Positions 31,925 to 44,404 of a stretch of 64,000 nt of DNA are shown one piece after another. Position 1 is the stretch's first letter; every line of letters begins with the position of its first letter. A program made the translations under genes and the position numbers. The notes beneath the pieces were generated by a model that searched no databases, was not told the origin of the DNA, and worked only from the letters and a program-made list of their open reading frames with translations. The DNA comes from Carpediemonas membranifera BICM. Lineage: Eukaryota; Protista; Fornicata. The DNA is taken from positions 822,735 through 886,734 of the forward strand of contig JAHDYR010000038.1 in NCBI GenBank assembly GCA_019828565.1, read 5' to 3'.

Positions 31925-32734
31925 TCACCAGACGCGGCGCTTCTCCTCTAGCGGGATCATAGCCCGCACCTTGTCGACGTACGCGGGATCCATGTCGAAC
32001 ATCAGGACGCCCTCCTTGTCGTCGAGCTCCCCGATGACGACGCCGTACGGGTCGACGGCTATGGTGTGGCCGTACGCCTGGTACGCCGCAGTGGGGGACC
32101 GGGCGGGAGAGCAGAGCATCGTGTACGCCTGGTTGTCTAGGGCCCGGGCTCTGGCGAGCAGCGTCCAATGAGCCGGACCGGTTGTGAGGTTGAACGCACC
32201 GGGGTAGACCAGCGCCTTCGCCCCGGATGAACGCAGGTGCTCGGCGTAGTTGGCGAACCGGACGTCGAAGCACACGCCCACGCCGATCTTCATGCCGAGG
32301 AGCTCACTGTTGACCACCGTTGCCTCCTTTCCTGGTGCCAGGACGGAGCTCTCCTTGAAGCGGATGCCGCCGGGAATGTCGACGTCGAAGAGATGGACCT
32401 TGCGGTGCACGCCAAGGAGTTGGCCGTCTTCGAAGGTGCACGACGTGTTGAAGAGCTGGCTGTCTGGCCCCCGCTCGATGAAGCTCCCGCCGACGAGGGT
32501 GATGCCCTTCGAAGAGGCCTGGAGCATATCGAACGTGGGACTCATGCCGGGTTTGGAGAGCTCTTCAGCATTGTCGGCGAACTTCTTGACGGCGTACTCT
32601 TGCTGGAAGCACTCGGGGAGGACGACGAACCGCGCTCCTTGCCTCACAGCGTCTGAGATCATATCCTTGACGTGGGACAGGTTTTCTGCCTTGCTAGCTG
32701 TGATATTGTTCTGAATTAGGGCTGTTTTGATCAT
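31925..32734 (-). CDS. NIT2: Omega-amidase (nitrilase superfamily)
   Basis: E-K-C triad: LPECF, HRKVHLFDVDIPG, VCFDVRF; also PGAFNLTTGPAHW, RARALDNQ. Confidence 0.92.
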   Translation of the reverse strand: MIKTALIQNNITASKAENLSHVKDMISDAVRQGARFVVLPECFQQEYAVKKFADNAEELSKPGMSPTFDMLQASSKGITLVGGSFIERGPDSQLFNTSCTFEDGQLLGVHRKVHLFDVDIPGGIRFKESSVLAPGKEATVVNSELLGMKIGVGVCFDVRFANYAEHLRSSGAKALVYPGAFNLTTGPAHWTLLARARALDNQAYTMLCSPARSPTAAYQAYGHTIAVDPYGVVIGELDDKEGVLMFDMDPAYVDKVRAMIPLEEKRRVW

Positions 32735-33022
32735 GTTCAGCTTGTTCGTCGTCTTGGGGCGAACGCGTGACTGGCACCGACGGATGGCCGAGTCATCAGT
32801 CAAGACCAATGCGGGGGTTGAACCATGGCAATAGTCTGATGGAGTCGGCCGCTGCTTTGATCAGGGCACCAGTTATGTCGTTGTCACGATCAACCAGCCC
32901 ATGGCATCAACAGAGCATCCGGTTGGTACTTGGCCGCCTCGTCCATACCACTATCCTTGCCTTCCCCGACTCAACCCGTCATCAGTTGACGAGTGACGAC
33001 TTCATTTTTGACGACTGAAGCA

Positions 33023-35263
33023 ATGAACAAGCTCCAGGAGGCTTATCGCCACATCAACAGTGGTAATTTCAAGCAAACCGTGAAGATATGCAACACTTTG
33101 TTAACGAAGGACCGCACCAACCTCGACCCGAACATCGTACGCAGTCTGAAAGCCCTTGCACACGCCAGGCTCGGTCAGGAGCACATGGCGATGGAAACAC
33201 TGAATTCTCTGACCGATGACTGCGCGATCGTTACCGCTACGATCATGAGCGCTGCCCAGAGTATCCAGCGCGTCGTCGAAATCATCCCCCTCCTCGAGCG
33301 GGCGTCCAAGGCCGCGCAGACGGACAAGGACAAGAGCGCAGTCCTCACCGCACTCGCTGGGGCATACATTACCGCCAACGACGCCGACTCTGCCCAGAAG
33401 ACGCTCAAGCGCCTCTTCCTCGTCGAGAAGGACCCCGCCACCGTCCTCAAGTGCGTCACCCTTCAGGCGATCGCCGCCACTGAGCCAGCCGCGGCATCCA
33501 AGGCGGCCCGCATGGCGCTGACCCTGGTCCAACGGGATAAGGATGTCACCCAGGAGAAGCTGCTGTTCGGCCTGGCCATGTGCGACGTCCTCGACGACAA
33601 GGCGGCCGCGGCGTCTCTACTCGATGCCCACGGTGACTTGGTCGATAGGGAGCTCCTGGACGACCTCAAGGCACACATCAGCACCGACAACGGCGCCGCG
33701 GTGTACTCCGCCGCACTCGCCGACCCCGACGCGCCCCAGGAGGAGTGGAAGGCGGTCTGCGAGCTCCTGCAACACACAGACACCGACCCCGCCGCGATCG
33801 ACGCGGCCATCGAGACCCGGACCACGTCCACGGCCCTCATCCTACGCACAGTCATCGCCGTCCGTACAGGGTCCCCCCAGATGGCCGAGCTCTACAGCCT
33901 GCTGCTGCGGGAGCACGCCCCGGCCCGCGCGTCGCTCCTGGTGGACATCGACCCCATCCTGGTCGAGGCGACGCGGAGCCCCGACCCCAGGGTTGTCTTC
34001 GCAGTCCTCATGGAGCACAGTCCCACAGCCGTGTTCAAGGCAAAGGTTGCCGTGGTCGGACATGCACACGGCTTCGTCGGGCAGGACGCCGTGGTCGGAC
34101 TCCTCGAGCAGCTTAGGGAGGAGGTGACGCCGCCGACACAAGAGACCGAGCTGGGTGCAATCGTCCTGGCCGCCGTCTACCGCATAGCAGGCGACCACAC
34201 TGCAGCATCTGACACTCTCACTGCCCAGAACGCCGCGGCCGACAGCGGGGCGGTGAAGGCCTCTCTGCTTGCCCACAACGCCCGGCTGCACGCGGTTGAC
34301 CTGGACCTGGTCGAGTCCCTATCCCTGCACCACATCCAGCACGAGTCTGTCAGCCCCAGATACGTCCTGATGCCTAGCCTGGACGCCGGAGACTACGCCG
34401 GTGTCGCGTGGGCGGTCGATGAGGCGGCGTCCTTCTTCCAGGAATACCTCGCCGAGTGGGGCCGCGAGCTGATGGCCGCCCTGTCCGAGACGAACGTCTA
34501 CTCCGCTCTCCAGTTCGCCTGGATGCGGGAGCGGATCGTCGGCAGCGGCCACCTCGCCCTCGCGCTGCCGCTCGCCCTCCCCCGCATGTTCCTCGCCCCC
34601 GGGGACGATGCGGACCGCCGTTTCGCCATGCACACGATGCTGGGTCTCGTGAGGACCATGCGGGCCGGGACAACGGCCAGGGCCCTCGATAACACGGACG
34701 GATGCATCGACGAGGACCAGTGGCAGCTCTGCCGCCCCGGGCCGTGGGACGGCAGGGAGAAGAGGCCGGCCCTCTCCGGGAGAGACGACGCCGCCCCCGC
34801 CGTGCTGGCCGCTGCGAGAGACCCGCCGCCAGCCGTGACCGCGGATCTATACGGGGCCGGGCAGGGCATGTTGAGGGTTGCTGAGTTCGTGTGCAGGGTG
34901 GTGCTAGGCGAGACACCCGATGATCTCAAGATCGAGGACCTGTCCGGATCCGATCTTATGCAGATCCCGGACTGGCTCGTTGAGTCACTCAACCAATGTG
35001 CTAAGCGGACCAAGGAGCCGTTGCCGGCGGTCCCCGAGTCCCTTACATTCTTTGATACGATCTTCTGCCTCCCCGTCCTCGCCGTGGCTCTCTGGGCGAT
35101 CCAACCAGCCGCAGAGACGGTCGGTAAGAAGGGCACCGTGGTCGACCCTGGTTTGAAGCTGAAGGCGCCGGTTGTGGGGGCCTTGAAGCGTGTCTGCCCG
35201 ACTGTCGACAGCGTCCACAAGGAGATGCTGGAGTCCATCGGGAAGCTGCTGGCTGTCGTCTGA
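33023..35263 (+). CDS. TPR protein, NatB auxiliary subunit (NAA25/MDM20)-like
   Basis: YRHINSGNFKQTVKICNTLL...SLKALAHARLG and SLSLHHIQHES match the NAA25 pattern. Confidence 0.6.
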   Translation: MNKLQEAYRHINSGNFKQTVKICNTLLTKDRTNLDPNIVRSLKALAHARLGQEHMAMETLNSLTDDCAIVTATIMSAAQSIQRVVEIIPLLERASKAAQTDKDKSAVLTALAGAYITANDADSAQKTLKRLFLVEKDPATVLKCVTLQAIAATEPAAASKAARMALTLVQRDKDVTQEKLLFGLAMCDVLDDKAAAASLLDAHGDLVDRELLDDLKAHISTDNGAAVYSAALADPDAPQEEWKAVCELLQHTDTDPAAIDAAIETRTTSTALILRTVIAVRTGSPQMAELYSLLLREHAPARASLLVDIDPILVEATRSPDPRVVFAVLMEHSPTAVFKAKVAVVGHAHGFVGQDAVVGLLEQLREEVTPPTQETELGAIVLAAVYRIAGDHTAASDTLTAQNAAADSGAVKASLLAHNARLHAVDLDLVESLSLHHIQHESVSPRYVLMPSLDAGDYAGVAWAVDEAASFFQEYLAEWGRELMAALSETNVYSALQFAWMRERIVGSGHLALALPLALPRMFLAPGDDADRRFAMHTMLGLVRTMRAGTTARALDNTDGCIDEDQWQLCRPGPWDGREKRPALSGRDDAAPAVLAAARDPPPAVTADLYGAGQGMLRVAEFVCRVVLGETPDDLKIEDLSGSDLMQIPDWLVESLNQCAKRTKEPLPAVPESLTFFDTIFCLPVLAVALWAIQPAAETVGKKGTVVDPGLKLKAPVVGALKRVCPTVDSVHKEMLESIGKLLAVV

Positions 35264-35394
35264 GCTATGGTGCAGTAAACTGCGGGATCTTGATGGTATG
35301 GTGTTTCTGGACCTATGTTGACTGACGGAGTCAGTGTACCACCAAATCGGAAGTGGTGACATAAACTGCACATCAATTTTTGCCGCAAACTGAC

Positions 35395-37307
35395 ATGAAG
35401 AATGAGTCCATCTTGGTGTCGTTGTTCTGCCTAGGCTTCCTGATCATGGTATGCTGCATCTATTTCATCGTCGATTTGCTTCGAGTTCACTGGATTCCCG
35501 AGAGTTTGATCCTCATCGCATTCGGTGCCATCGTAGGAGGCGTGTTTGAACTTGTAGATCACAAGGACATGTACAATGTCCTCCAGGCCTTCTCCCCGGA
35601 GGTGTTCTTCCTGATCCTCCTCCCAGGTACGTCCTCCTCGCCCCCCTCACACAGTGATCATCTTCGAGTCCGCGTGGAGTATGGACAAGGTGCACTTCAT
35701 CAAGAACCTGGGGACAATATGCGTCTACGCCTTCATAGGCACCCTCATCAGCGTCGCCGTCGTCGGGGGCGGGCTGTGGGGCGCCGGTCAGGTCAACCTC
35801 ACCGCCGAGACCACCGTGGCGGACGCCTTCGCGTTCGGGTCACTGATCAGTGCAGTAGACCCCGTGGCGACGCTTGCCATCTTCTCTCAGCTCAACGTGT
35901 CGCCGCTGCTCTACATGATCGTGTTTGGGGAGTCTGTGCTCAGTGAGTCCCCCCACAACCTCTCACACAGACGACGCCGTGTCCGTCGTGCTCTTCCGGG
36001 CCATGTCCGACTTCGACTCAGACCACACCATCCAGTCCCTCCTCATGATCCCAGTTGAGTTCTGCATAGTTGCCGCGGGGTCCGTTGCAGTGGGTGCCAT
36101 CACCGCATTGCTCGCGGCGATCATCCTGCGCACGTTTGACATGCGCCACGCCAAGCCTATGGAGATCGCCGTGATCCTGTGCTGCTCGGGCATCTCCTAC
36201 TTTACGGCCGAGGCGATGCATCTGAGCGGTATCATGGCTCTGCTGTCCGTGGCCATCCTGGCGTCCCACTACGCCCAGCCCAGCATGTCAGAGGAGTCAC
36301 GGCTGACTGTGAAGGCCGGCCTCCGCACGGCGAGCTTCATAGCCGAGTCGGCGACGTTCTTTTACCTGGGAACCTCGCTGTTCTCGTTCAAGCACGTCGT
36401 CGACCGGGATCAGGTCACGTTCACCGTGTTCACCTTCGCCCTGTCACTCGTCGGCCGCCTTCTCAACGTCTTCCCGTTGACGTTCATCGTCAATAGGTTC
36501 AGATCATACCCGATCCCCTATCACTACGCCATCGTCCAGTGGTTCAGCGGGCTGAGGGGTGCAGTGGCCTTCGCCCTGGTGCTGACGATGGAAGGCGAGT
36601 CGGCCGACTTGTTCATGACCACGACGCTCGCCATGATCATCGCCACCATCGCGCTGTTCGGGACTGGGACGATCCCACTGCTCAAGGTGCTCAAGGTCGA
36701 CAAGCTAACCGTGTTGCCGCACGAGAAGCTGCTTCAGAGAGCATTCAGCGAGCATCTCCCGTCATTCATCAACCGCACCCTGACGGCCATCGGCATCTTC
36801 GCCGATGTCCGCACCATCGAGGAGATAGACGAGAGGTACCACCGGCCGTCGCTGCTGGAGAAGCTCGACGATCGGTTCCTCATGCCGGTGCTGACAAACG
36901 AAGTGCCGATGACAACTGTGGTCAAGCACCTCAAGGCCAAGATCATGGGCGACAGGGACGACGAGGAGAAGGGAGCCAACGAGGAGGCAGAGACCAAGCG
37001 ACTCGCCCCCTTCATGGCCAAGCTCGTTACGGAGCCGGTGATGATCCCGTTGTCTATGGGGAGCATCACCCAGGCCAGACACATCGGGCTCATGTGGAAG
37101 GCGAAGGCAATGAAGCGCGCCGCCACGAGGCACGACGAGTTTAAGGATGGCGACGACAAGGCTGAAACCGGGGCCGGGGCTGACGCTCACACGGAGCTCG
37201 AGGGTGGGCTGCAGGTCGACCCGCCGACGTCTGCCGACGCCTCCAGCGAGGATATAGCTGCTGTTAGCGGATCAAGCACGGATGCCGAGGGCGACAACGC
37301 TGTGTAA
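35395..37307 (+). CDS. Na+/H+ exchanger (CPA1/NHE family); introns 35627-35654 and 35943-35970
   Basis: FSPEVFFLILLP|VIIFES, ISAVDPVATL, FGESVL|NDAVSVV, WFSGLRGAVAFAL; two 28-nt introns ending CTCACACAG. Confidence 0.95.
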
Positions 37308-37645
37308 TTAATCTACATAAAGAGCCCACTGGGTCAGGGCCTTGGCGAGGGGCCTGGCTGAGTTCAACTGTCCCTGGCGACCACGAGCGCTTTTCTGACC
37401 AAAGTCTAAAAATAGCTCGTTTGAGTGGAAGAAAGACGCAATCCAAGTCGAATCCGCATCCACTGGGTGGGTGGCGGGGCGGCAAAAGTGCGCGCTGTGC
37501 TCATGGGACAACGTGCCTCACCTTCAACTGCTGTAGCTTGTTTCCCGAGGCATGGATCGCCGGGATCGTGTCCGCGGATAGTGAGATCCGCACGAACAAA
37601 TGGGACCGAAGAAGTTTTTCTTGCCACGCTGACAAAAGTACCGCT

Positions 37646-38285
37646 ATGACTGTAATTTCAACCGCTGAGTTCGATGAGCTCGAGAACCAGATCCGCGAGA
37701 TGATCAACGGTCCGTATCCGCCACCGGGATTCCGGCGCTTGCCGATTTTTGGGAATTCCGTGGGTTCATTCATTCTCACACAGAAGGTGGCCGTGCCAAG
37801 GCTCTTGAGCTCTGGAACCGCTTCGACTACAACGGCAGTGGCCAGCTTTCCCTTGCCGAGATCGACAAGCAGATCACCGAGGAGTTCCCTCTCGTTCGTC
37901 CCCCAGCCCGGCACTCACCCAGCTCAACAACACCGACGCCCTTATCCGCGCCTTCTACTTCACCACGGTCGGCTGTATGGACACGGAGGCGTACAAGAAG
38001 GCCCAGGGAGAGGACGCCTATGTCCAGAAGAACGAGTTTATGAAGCTCCTCCGCAACATCTTCTACTTCAACAAGCTCTGGAGCGTCTTTGACGAGATTG
38101 ACACTGACGATGATCGCCGCGTCAGCGTCGACGAGTTCGTTGCCGGCACTGACGAGTGCGGTCTTGAGCTCAGCCCCGAGGAGGCCGCCGCAAAGTTCGA
38201 GGAGATCGATACCAACGGCGGCGGAATGATCCTGTTCTCTGAGTTCGTCCAGTTCGTGGCCGACTCCAAGATCCAGGTCGACTAA
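37646..38285 (+). CDS. EF-hand protein, flagellar calcium-binding protein-like, copy 1; introns 37710-37783 and 37894-37922
   Basis: Spliced product has DYNGSGQLSLAE, LNNTDALIRAF, DTDDDRRVSVDEF, DTNGGGMILFSEF. Confidence 0.85.
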
Positions 38286-38803
38286 TCTGCGATAAAGGAC
38301 AGGGTCGTATTATGTATACCATGTATTGGTCGGACAGACGACGCTCACACGGAGCTCGAGGGTGGGCTGCAGGTCGACCCGCCGACGTCTGCCGACGCCT
38401 CCAGCGAGGATATAGCTGCTGTTAGCGGATCAAGCACGGATGCCGAGGGCGACAACGCTGTGTAATTAATCTACATAAAGAGCCCACTGGGTCAGGGCCT
38501 TGGCGAGGGGCCTGGCTGAGTTCAACTGTCCCTGGCGACCACGAGCGCTTTTCTGACCAAAGTCTAAAAATAGCTCGTTTGAGTGGAAGAAAGACGCAAT
38601 CCAAGTCGAATCCGCATCCACTGGGTGGGTGGCGGGGCGGCAAAAGTGCGCGCTGTGCTCATGGGACAACGTGCCTCACCTTCAACTGCTGTAGCTTGTT
38701 TCCCGAGGCATGGATCGCCGGGATCGTGTCCGCGGATAGTGAGATCCGCACGAACAAATGGGACCGAAGAAGTTTTTCTTGCCACGCTGACAAAAGTACC
38801 GCT

Positions 38804-39443
38804 ATGACTGTAATTTCAACCGCTGAGTTCGATGAGCTCGAGAACCAGATCCGCGAGATGATCAACGGTCCGTATCCGCCACCGGGATTCCGGCGCTTGC
38901 CGATTTTTGGGAATTCCGTGGGTTCATTCATTCTCACACAGAAGGTGGCCGTGCCAAGGCTCTTGAGCTCTGGAACCGCTTCGACTACAACGGCAGTGGC
39001 CAGCTTTCCCTTGCCGAGATCGACAAGCAGATCACCGAGGAGTTCCCTCTCGTTCGTCCCCCAGCCCGGCACTCACCCAGCTCAACAACACCGACGCCCT
39101 TATCCGCGCCTTCTACTTCACCACGGTCGGCTGTATGGACACGGAGGCGTACAAGAAGGCCCAGGGAGAGGACGCCTATGTCCAGAAGAACGAGTTTATG
39201 AAGCTCCTCCGCAACATCTTCTACTTCAACAAGCTCTGGAGCGTCTTTGACGAGATTGACACTGACGATGATCGCCGCGTCAGCGTCGACGAGTTCGTTG
39301 CCGGCACTGACGAGTGCGGTCTTGAGCTCAGCCCCGAGGAGGCCGCCGCAAAGTTCGAGGAGATCGATACCAACGGCGGCGGAATGATCCTGTTCTCTGA
39401 GTTCGTCCAGTTCGTGGCCGACTCCAAGATCCAGGTCGACTAA
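38804..39443 (+). CDS. EF-hand protein, copy 2
   Basis: Same as copy 1, offset +1158. Confidence 0.85.
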
Positions 39444-39961
39444 TCTGCGATAAAGGACAGGGTCGTATTATGTATACCATGTATTGGTCGGACAGACGAC
39501 GCTCACACGGAGCTCGAGGGTGGGCTGCAGGTCGACCCGCCGACGTCTGCCGACGCCTCCAGCGAGGATATAGCTGCTGTTAGCGGATCAAGCACGGATG
39601 CCGAGGGCGACAACGCTGTGTAATTAATCTACATAAAGAGCCCACTGGGTCAGGGCCTTGGCGAGGGGCCTGGCTGAGTTCAACTGTCCCTGGCGACCAC
39701 GAGCGCTTTTCTGACCAAAGTCTAAAAATAGCTCGTTTGAGTGGAAGAAAGACGCAATCCAAGTCGAATCCGCATCCACTGGGTGGGTGGCGGGGCGGCA
39801 AAAGTGCGCGCTGTGCTCATGGGACAACGTGCCTCACCTTCAACTGCTGTAGCTTGTTTCCCGAGGCATGGATCGCCGGGATCGTGTCCGCGGATAGTGA
39901 GATCCGCACGAACAAATGGGACCGAAGAAGTTTTTCTTGCCACGCTGACAAAAGTACCGCT

Positions 39962-40601
39962 ATGACTGTAATTTCAACCGCTGAGTTCGATGAGCTCGAG
40001 AACCAGATCCGCGAGATGATCAACGGTCCGTATCCGCCACCGGGATTCCGGCGCTTGCCGATTTTTGGGAATTCCGTGGGTTCATTCATTCTCACACAGA
40101 AGGTGGCCGTGCCAAGGCTCTTGAGCTCTGGAACCGCTTCGACTACAACGGCAGTGGCCAGCTTTCCCTTGCCGAGATCGACAAGCAGATCACCGAGGAG
40201 TTCCCTCTCGTTCGTCCCCCAGCCCGGCACTCACCCAGCTCAACAACACCGACGCCCTTATCCGCGCCTTCTACTTCACCACGGTCGGCTGTATGGACAC
40301 GGAGGCGTACAAGAAGGCCCAGGGAGAGGACGCCTATGTCCAGAAGAACGAGTTTATGAAGCTCCTCCGCAACATCTTCTACTTCAACAAGCTCTGGAGC
40401 GTCTTTGACGAGATTGACACTGACGATGATCGCCGCGTCAGCGTCGACGAGTTCGTTGCCGGCACTGACGAGTGCGGTCTTGAGCTCAGCCCCGAGGAGG
40501 CCGCCGCAAAGTTCGAGGAGATCGATACCAACGGCGGCGGAATGATCCTGTTCTCTGAGTTCGTCCAGTTCGTGGCCGACTCCAAGATCCAGGTCGACTA
40601 A
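39962..40601 (+). CDS. EF-hand protein, copy 3
   Basis: Same as copy 1, offset +2316. Confidence 0.85.
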
Positions 40602-40691
40602 TCTGCGATAAAGGACAGGGTCGTATTATGTATACCATGTATTGGTCGGACAGACACGGCGCTCGATTCGACGTCGCTAAACACAAACCAC

Positions 40692-42569
40692 ATGCCTTCA
40701 GATTCCTACATGGACCCGCTTGGGCTCCTACAAGACGTCCTGAACGATGTATCTATTGATATTCTTCGTCTCGAGAAAGAAATCGAGAACAGTGACCAAA
40801 CGAACCTTCAGACACCAGCCCCGAAGAGCCAACGCGCCAAACCAGTGAAGAAGGTTAACCGCCCTTCATCTTCATCCCGTCTTTCCCGCCGCGTTTATGA
40901 GCGGCCCAGTTACATGTCCGCGATGAGCCCGAACGCTATTCCCCCCGCTGACCGCGATAGAACGTACATAGACGCCAAGCACAGGGCCAACGAGTTCCGC
41001 CAGTCCCAGCTGAGCAGCTTCACACCGAAGCTTCGCCCCCGCACGGCGCTGCAGACACCCAGCCGCATCGCCAAGCCCCGCCTCCGCTCCGCGTCAGTCA
41101 TGTCCGAGCGCATACCCGCGCCCAGGGAAGAAAGGCCCATCCCCGTCACCCCACGCATCGACGAGGCGGCGGAGGCGGCCGAGGCGGCCCGGGCAGAAGA
41201 GGCCCGCCAGTACGAGGCCGAGCTGCAGTCCAGACAGAAGGCTATCGCCGCCCTCGGCGTCGGCTCGGTCCGTGACTACAAGCGCTACGTCGGACTGACC
41301 CTCGAGGAGCGTGCCCAGTGCGATGCCGGGCTGACCCGGTTCCAGGCGCTGTGGCGGGCCCACGTAGTCCGGGACAGTCTGAAACAGCCCCTAAAACTGC
41401 ACCGCAAGAGACAGCGTGTGGTTCTGGAGCTGTTGGACACCGAGGAGCGGTTCCACACGGCCCTGTGCACGATGGTCGACCGGTACTACAAGCCCCTCGT
41501 CACGGCAGACCTGCTGCCCGCTGCCGTGGTCGAGGCCATCATCCCGACCGACGCGATCAACCAGATCCTGGCGATATCCGCCAAGATCCGTGCGGCGCTG
41601 TCCCAGCGTCTGTCGCACGGCTACGGGCTGTACACGAGCATCGGGGACACGATGCTGCCGTTCATTGAGGGGCTCAAGGTCTACTCGCCCTACATCAACG
41701 GGTTCGACCGTATGATGAAGGCTCTGACCGACGCCAAGGCGCAGTGCCCCGAGCTGGACGCCTGGCTGGGGGACGTGGCGTCGGGCGGGCTGGACCTCTC
41801 GTCGTACCTCATCATGCCCGTCCAGCGGATCCCTAGGCTCGAGCTGCTGATACGGGACATCAAGAAGGACGTGCCCGAGGGCCACCCCGACCACGCCGAC
41901 CTCGACGCGGTGTTCGAGGGACTCAAACGGATAGGGCAGTTCATCAACGAGAACAAGCGCACCGAGGAATCCCGCCAGGCCGTGGAGACGTTCGAGCGGG
42001 GCGTGCGGGGTCTGCCCGACGGCGTGCTCCTGAGTGCCCCCGGCCGCCGTATGATCAAGCAGGGCGCCGGACTCAAGCGGAGCAAGCTGCAGCAGGCCCG
42101 GACGACGGCCGTTACTGCGGCCCTGATGACGGGCGTGCTCGTGCTGGCGGACGAGAAGAAGGACCGTCTCGAGTTTACGAGGGCCATTCCCCTGCACGAC
42201 GCGACCATCACGGACCTCAGACCATTCGGGCTGGGCGAGTGCATCGGCGTCAGCGACCCCTCGGGCACAGGCTGCGTGCTGGCCTTCGACACTGCCGGGG
42301 AGAGGGAGGCCTGGGACCAGGCGCTCCACCTCGCCATCTCGGACGCCGCCCTCGCCGACCCCGAGCTCAGCGCCATCGACGATGCCGTGCTGAGCGGCAT
42401 CCTCGAGGGCTCCCGGCCCGTGTCCGCGTCCGTGTCGCCCTCCCAGACCCCCAGGGCTATGAGCCAGCTGGTCGCCCTGGCGGACCAGACGGTCTATCTC
42501 ACACCGCAGGAGACGTTCGGCGGGAGAGACACGGAGACACCGGGCAGCCAGACACCGATAGTCCAGTAA
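40692..42569 (+). CDS. RhoGEF (IQ-like motif, DH-PH)
   Basis: FQALWRAHVVR (IQ-like), VVLELLDTEERF, LSSYLIMPVQRIPRLELL, INENKR, then a PH-like region. Confidence 0.9.
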   Translation: MPSDSYMDPLGLLQDVLNDVSIDILRLEKEIENSDQTNLQTPAPKSQRAKPVKKVNRPSSSSRLSRRVYERPSYMSAMSPNAIPPADRDRTYIDAKHRANEFRQSQLSSFTPKLRPRTALQTPSRIAKPRLRSASVMSERIPAPREERPIPVTPRIDEAAEAAEAARAEEARQYEAELQSRQKAIAALGVGSVRDYKRYVGLTLEERAQCDAGLTRFQALWRAHVVRDSLKQPLKLHRKRQRVVLELLDTEERFHTALCTMVDRYYKPLVTADLLPAAVVEAIIPTDAINQILAISAKIRAALSQRLSHGYGLYTSIGDTMLPFIEGLKVYSPYINGFDRMMKALTDAKAQCPELDAWLGDVASGGLDLSSYLIMPVQRIPRLELLIRDIKKDVPEGHPDHADLDAVFEGLKRIGQFINENKRTEESRQAVETFERGVRGLPDGVLLSAPGRRMIKQGAGLKRSKLQQARTTAVTAALMTGVLVLADEKKDRLEFTRAIPLHDATITDLRPFGLGECIGVSDPSGTGCVLAFDTAGEREAWDQALHLAISDAALADPELSAIDDAVLSGILEGSRPVSASVSPSQTPRAMSQLVALADQTVYLTPQETFGGRDTETPGSQTPIVQ

Positions 42570-42764
42570 ATGATGAGAACAGCGTGGTCGAGTGGCGACG
42601 GCGCGGCAGTTCCTGCGCGGGATTGTGGCTTCGAACGGTTGGCACTAGCAGCGTGCTGCTGAGATCCTTGGCAACTCTCCTGATCAGGCAATCAAATCTC
42701 ATGTGCGAGGTTTACGAGATTTTTGGATTCAGGCTGTAGGGTGCGGGATCCTAAGGGACAAGAA

Positions 42765-43613
42765 ATGCAAAGCAACATTAACGTAGTGTGCATTGACAAG
42801 AAAACCATTGTCGATGAGGCAGACATTGCTCAGAACATGAAGCTGACGTCTGCAGACCTTCAGCTCGTCCTTGACATCTGGATGCAGGAGCCAATGCGGT
42901 ATATTGGCATCGCTCTCGTTATGTTTGGCATCAATGCCATCATGTTGGTGTGGAGCTTGACTATTAGCTCCGTTTACACTTTCATCGTCGTTGCTCTTTC
43001 CTTTATTAAGGAGGCCCTCGCCAATAACTCGAGCCCCGCTGCGGGCGCCCTGCTCACACTGGGCTTCATCCTCGTCGTCCTGATCTCCATCATCCCCCTC
43101 ACCATCGTCCTCCTGATCCCCACGCCCCTGCTGACTTTCTTTGACTTCGGCATCCGCCAGGGCGTCATCCGCACCCTGCAGGGTGACAGGCTCACATTCA
43201 CAGACTACTTCGTCCCCCTTCGCGAGTACTGGGGCCGCATCGCCTTCGTGGCAGTTTTCTTCATCGTCTTCGAGTTCCTCCTGGGCATCACCATCGTCGG
43301 AATCCCCTTCATATACGCCATGGAGCTCCTCCTCTTCTCCTGCTTCGGCTTCCTCCTCCTAACCCAGCCCCAGATGCCCATCATCAGATGCGTCACGCTC
43401 GCGGTCAAGGCCAACGTCACGAACATTGTGCCCCTCCTCATCTCCGTCGGCATAGTGGTCCTACTCTCGCTGCTCAACCAGCTCACCAGCTACGTCCAGA
43501 TCATCACGTACGGTTTCATCATCCTTGTGCAGTACGTGTATGCCGCCAAAACCTTCAACATGCTCCGCGGGCCTGGCAACCAGGAGTTCCAGCCGGAGTA
43601 CGCTCTCGTGTAG
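42765..43613 (+). CDS. Multi-pass membrane protein
   Basis: About six long hydrophobic segments. Confidence 0.7.
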   Translation: MQSNINVVCIDKKTIVDEADIAQNMKLTSADLQLVLDIWMQEPMRYIGIALVMFGINAIMLVWSLTISSVYTFIVVALSFIKEALANNSSPAAGALLTLGFILVVLISIIPLTIVLLIPTPLLTFFDFGIRQGVIRTLQGDRLTFTDYFVPLREYWGRIAFVAVFFIVFEFLLGITIVGIPFIYAMELLLFSCFGFLLLTQPQMPIIRCVTLAVKANVTNIVPLLISVGIVVLLSLLNQLTSYVQIITYGFIILVQYVYAAKTFNMLRGPGNQEFQPEYALV

Positions 43614-44404
43614 AGCACGATACATTTCACATAAAAATTACATTTGTCAGCATGCCGGGCCAACCTCTCTTTAGTCAACGAGGGTCAGGGGATCGTCGAC
43701 ACGCCTTGACACTTCCTAAAGACAGGTGGGCCACAACATGCAGGCCACAGGTGGTCGGGGACCAGCAAGAGCGCGGCAAACTGCAACGGCACATTCGTTA
43801 CATCCTAGATCCTGGATACCACCATTTGGAAGATTCTGGAGACTCATAACGCCTTTCGCGTGAAGAGTGCAAGCTATAAAGACAACCATCATCTAGAGTT
43901 TATCTGCAGAACAACTAAAAGCCGCCGCCGCGCAATTTGCGATTGTCCGTGGAAACCACGTTGCTCTGATCAGTCGTTGTCTCGGGAGCAGGGAAGTTAT
44001 AACTAGCTCCTGATGCGCTGCCAAATCCAGATCCTCGATTGCCCATTGCTTCTTTGAGTTTCTCTTCGTCTAATTTGTGGCAATGCGGCAAAGTCAACGC
44101 GAGTCAACAAACGAATCAGAAATGCTACAAGCATGCTTGCAGATGCTGTTGCCTGCGCGCCACAACTATGCGGCGACGGGCTAGGGTGCGGAGACGACTA
44201 CGGCAGAGTTGACCGCGGAGTTTGATGTGCTGGAGAAGACATGGGAACAGTTTCGGGCCAGGACTGGGACCGTGGGCCGAGAGAACAACTGACCGCTGAC
44301 ACCTGGGATCTTTCAATATCGAGTCTCTGCCAAATTTTGCGATTTAGGGGAGATTCATCATGACTAACTTCTTTATGTACAGGCCAACACAGCTAGACAC
44401 ATCC

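Larger units (their letters stand above)
37182..40655 (+). repeat. Head-to-tail triplication of a 1158-bp unit
   Basis: Units start at 37182, 38340 and 39498, with identical ORF sets at 1158-bp offsets. The unit includes the last 126 nt of the NHE CDS. Confidence 0.97.

Noticed and set aside
37421-38092. 223-aa ORF in the repeat unit as the real gene
   Set aside because: It reads through two introns; the spliced EF-hand product from 37646 is coherent
43915-44097. Small ORF ending LRGGGF as ubiquitin-like
   Set aside because: No ubiquitin-fold pattern and no ATG-supported length; insufficient evidence
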